Positions 61,415 through 64,000 of a DNA stretch of 64,000 bases are shown here, one piece after another. The DNA comes from an uncultured Oscillospiraceae bacterium. Lineage in GTDB: Bacteria > Bacillota > Clostridia > Oscillospirales > Ruminococcaceae. Below the pieces are notes generated by a model that did no database searches, had not been told where the DNA came from, and saw nothing but the letters and a program-made list of their open reading frames with translations. The position numbers and the translations under genes were made by a program. Positions within the stretch are counted from its first letter, which is position 1; every line of letters begins with the position of its first letter. The stretch covers positions 1,327 through 65,326 of the forward strand of contig CAZYAV010000006.1 in NCBI GenBank assembly GCA_964645785.1. The letters run 5' to 3'.

Positions 61415-61735
61415 TCAGCGCAGCCGAACCGCCGTGCCGCTGACCGAGACCATCAGCATTCCGTTGTTCGAGCCGAGCACCTCGTAATCCACATCGACGC
61501 CGACAACCGCGTCCGCCCCGAGGGCGGCAGCCCGCTGCTCCATCTCGGCAAGGGCGTTGGTGCGCGCGTCAAGCAGCTCCTCTTCATAAGAGCCGGAGCG
61601 CCCGCCCAGCAGGTTCGTGATTCCGGCGGCAAAGTCCCGCACAAAATCGACCCCGTTCACAACCTCGCCAAAAACAATTCCCAGATACGCGGCAATCTCG
61701 CGCCCCTCCACCGAGGGGGTTGTGGTGATAATCAT
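61415..61735 (-). CDS. ybjQ: YbjQ/UPF0145 family protein
   Basis: 106 aa. [14 protein letters not shown]...[11 protein letters not shown]...[13 protein letters not shown] is the family signature. Confidence 0.9.
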   Translation of the reverse strand: MIITTTPSVEGREIAAYLGIVFGEVVNGVDFVRDFAAGITNLLGGRSGSYEEELLDARTNALAEMEQRAAALGADAVVGVDVDYEVLGSNNGMLMVSVSGTAVRLR

Positions 61736-61761
61736 CCGGACAATCTCCTTTCATTGCGCAT

Positions 61762-62571
61762 TCAGTATAACAGCGCGGAAAGCAGAAACAGGGTGTAAAT
61801 ATGCGCCGGATAAAACGCGTAAAAAAACGACTTGATCTCGCGCCCGCGCTTCCCGTTATAAAGCAGCATAACCGGCAGGGCAAAGAACATCAGCCAGCCG
61901 TATTGATTGTAGAGCAGGTACTGCGTCAGCCCCATCAGGATTCCCTGCGACGCGTAATAGGAAACCCGCGCCATCCCGCTGGCGGCACAGATGATAAAAT
62001 AGACAATGCACATCCCGCCATAGCCGAGCACAAGCTTCTTTTTGTTTTCCTTGCAGGCATACAGCACCAGGCCGAACGCCACCCAAAGCAGGCCGCCCTC
62101 CACCGTCAGCGGGTTGGGCAACAGCGCGTATACCAGCACGGTCAGTGGCGCAAACCCGGTCTGCCGCGCAAGCAGCGTAAGCAGCATCGCGATAAACTGC
62201 ACCAGAAGCAGCCGTTCAAACGTGTGGTTGTCCTTCTTCTCCCGCAGCTTTTTTTCATACGCGCCGATGAACAGGCAGACGACCAGGATGGTGGAAAAGA
62301 AATTGTTGGAAATCGGGCAGTACGCGTCCGGCACCAGCGCATTCAGCGCAAAATTCCCAAGCGACATGCCCGCCGAGCAGAAATACAGCCGCCGCAGATA
62401 CGCCTTGCGGTCATGGGTCAGCTTGAACCCCCACATGGCGCAGAACAAAAAGAGCGGCGCGCTCAGCCGACCGATCCACCGCAGCGCCATCGGCATCCCG
62501 GGGATAAACTCGCCGACATGGTCAATTACCATCAAAATAAGCGCAAACAGCTTCAGCGCGTTTGTGCTCAT
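61762..62571 (-). CDS. TraX family membrane protein
   Basis: 269 aa. LKLFALILMVIDHVG... is TraX-type; multi-TM. Confidence 0.8.
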   Translation of the reverse strand: MSTNALKLFALILMVIDHVGEFIPGMPMALRWIGRLSAPLFLFCAMWGFKLTHDRKAYLRRLYFCSAGMSLGNFALNALVPDAYCPISNNFFSTILVVCLFIGAYEKKLREKKDNHTFERLLLVQFIAMLLTLLARQTGFAPLTVLVYALLPNPLTVEGGLLWVAFGLVLYACKENKKKLVLGYGGMCIVYFIICAASGMARVSYYASQGILMGLTQYLLYNQYGWLMFFALPVMLLYNGKRGREIKSFFYAFYPAHIYTLFLLSALLY

Positions 62572-63158
62572 TCCCCGCTCCTTTCTGCGGCAAACTGCGC
62601 CGCGTATCCGGCAATTTTTTTGAAATCCTCCAGCGAATCCGGCTTATTGGCCGGATTGCGCAGCAGCGCGGCGGGGTGAAAGGTGCCCATCATCATCACC
62701 TCGTTTTTTTGAAAGACCACGCCGTGGTCGCGCGTGACCAGGAAGCCGCGGTCAATCATTTTCTGCGCCGCGACCCGGCCAAGGCAGACAATCAGCCGCG
62801 GCTCAATCAGCTTGAACTGCGCGCGCAGATAGTCGATGCAGGCGTCCTGCTCCTCCGGCTTGGGGTCGCGGTTCTGCGGAGGGCGGCATTTGACAATATT
62901 GGCGATATAGATATCCTCGCGCCGCATACCGACCGCCGTCAAAAAGCTGTCCAGCAGCTTGCCCGCCCGGCCGACAAACGGCTCCCCGGTCTCATCCTCG
63001 TTCGCGCCGGGGCCTTCCCCGACAAACAGGATATCCGCGTGCGGATTCCCCATACCGAACACAACATTTTTTCGCGTCTGGCTCAGCGCGCACCTGGTGC
63101 ACCCAAGACAGCTCTCGCGAAGCTCCTCCAAAGTCATTCCGTTCACCTCAAGCATCAT
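62568..63158 (-). CDS. udg: family 4 uracil-DNA glycosylase
   Basis: ORF 62568..63284; the start is uncertain (ATG at 63158 or 63137). CLGCTRCAL Fe-S motif and FVGEGPGANEDETGEPFVGRAG active-site motif. Confidence 0.85.
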   Translation of the reverse strand: MMLEVNGMTLEELRESCLGCTRCALSQTRKNVVFGMGNPHADILFVGEGPGANEDETGEPFVGRAGKLLDSFLTAVGMRREDIYIANIVKCRPPQNRDPKPEEQDACIDYLRAQFKLIEPRLIVCLGRVAAQKMIDRGFLVTRDHGVVFQKNEVMMMGTFHPAALLRNPANKPDSLEDFKKIAGYAAQFAAERSGE

Positions 63159-63468
63159 GCAGCATCTCGGCCGGCGCGCCATATCCGGCGCACACAGAAG
63201 CCGTCCGCTCCCCTGCCGCCGGGCACAGGGTAAGCAAAACGCCGGTCGAGAGGCAATAAATCGGCCGATTTTCCCAAAAAGCACAGGCGCCCACTTCGCG
63301 CAGCCGCGTGCGGCGCAGCCCTATGGGGGCAATGAACCGCTCCGTTCAAACCGCACCGGGGCTGCTCCCGCGGCGCGTGAATAGGATGCGGCAGTTTCGC
63401 CGGTTACCCACGACGTGCGGCAGGGCGCACGCCGGTTAAAATACGGGCATGGTAACCATGTCCTGGCT

Positions 63469-63497
63469 ATTATACCATAATCTTCTTCGTTCGACAA
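63469..63497 (-). promoter_or_regulatory. promoter with extended -10 (TGgTATAAT)
   Basis: Minus strand: TTGTCG (63497-63492), 17-nt spacer ending in TGG, TATAAT (63474-63469), about 300 nt upstream of the udg start. Confidence 0.5.
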
Positions 63498-63827
63498 TCG
63501 GGCGAGCCGCATATTTGCCCCGTATCCAAAAGCGCAGCCCGCGCGCCCCGCAGCCCGGCCTGCGTCCCGCAAATTCATCTGAAATCAGCCCTGTCAAAGC
63601 GCAAAAAGCGGTTCTTCTGTCCCGGCAGGCAGCCCCTGCGAACCGCTTTCGGCCAATCTCTCAGCCGTCCCGAAGCCCGGACGTCCGCGCGGGTCAGTGG
63701 GGTATCTCCGACCTCTTTCCGGATTCGGCTGCTCCCTCTCGGAGGGTTGGGTTTGGGAAAATGCCGACGGAAGTTTTCTGCATTTTCCGCTTCTTCCCCC
63801 AATATTTTGGAAAAAAGCAAAAAAGCG

Positions 63828-63856
63828 TTGACTTTCTTTTGCACATGTGCTATTAT
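63828..63856 (+). promoter_or_regulatory. promoter of tRNA-Leu(CAG)
   Basis: TTGACT, 17-nt spacer, TATTAT, about 55 nt upstream of the tRNA. Confidence 0.55.
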
Positions 63857-63911
63857 TTTTAAGCAACATAAAAACATCGTGGTAATCGCGCTTCGGTGCG
63901 TTTACATAGAT

Positions 63912-63998
63912 GCGGATGTGGCGGAATTGGCAGACGCGCTGGATTCAGGTTCCAGTGAAAGCAATTTCATATGGGTTCAAGTCCCTTCATCCGCACCA
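63912..63998 (+). tRNA. tRNA-Leu (CAG), class II
   Basis: 87 nt. Acceptor GCGGATG/CATCCGC, anticodon stem CTGGA/TCCAG with loop TTCAGGT, long variable arm, T-arm GGTTCAAGTCC, encoded CCA. Confidence 0.9.
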
Positions 63999-64000
63999 CG

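Overview
High-G+C chromosomal segment. Gene content (azlCD, PduL, DUF362 ferredoxin, DUF3795, TraX, LuxR/NarL-type regulators) looks like Firmicutes/Clostridia, perhaps Oscillospiraceae; this placement is inference only. Everything was read by eye from the sequence and ORF track, with no searches or computations, so family names are motif-level recognitions. Left edge (1-4100): a phage-type head module on the minus strand (scaffold-like, major capsid, small head protein, large structural protein running off the window). It stops about 170 bp from a host promoter. Next come housekeeping and accessory genes: a standalone E2-like acyltransferase, PepF, a hemerythrin/CheX-like/receiver fusion, TetR plus flavodoxin-like, tRNA-Gln and tRNA-His, PHP histidinol phosphatase, M29 aminopeptidase, an SSS symporter, azlCD, dinB, tRNA-Leu(GAG) and a lower-G+C DUF3795 gene. 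21.8-25.3 kb holds a receiver-like / solute-binding / membrane LuxR trio. 25.9-29.6 kb holds a three-gene signalling unit (7TM kinase-like protein with Tyr in place of the H-box His, a HisKA_3-type kinase, a NarL-type regulator). It is transcribed divergently from the main locus of interest, a 16-gene co-directional envelope cluster (29.9-45.6 kb). That cluster has SPFH, Zn-ribbon and TPM proteins resembling B. subtilis YdjI/G/H, interleaved with many lineage-specific lipoproteins, a 5'-nucleotidase-family protein, a DUF4428-like repeat protein and an XpaC-like protein. 45.6-48.3 kb is a decayed, lower-G+C stretch with a truncated LacI gene and an oxidoreductase remnant. After that: a lipoprotein/ABC/fused ABC-2 permease operon, tmRNA, smpB, recR, ybaB, dnaX, SRP RNA, GNAT, pduL, DUF362, a P-loop ATPase, ybjQ, traX, udg and tRNA-Leu(CAG). 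Other recurring features are unusually long G+C-rich non-coding spacers, a dispersed repeat family that carries a terminator hairpin, and an identical 51-nt structured element upstream of two regulator operons. The many long Arg/Pro/Gly-rich ORFs antisense to real genes are high-G+C shadow ORFs.
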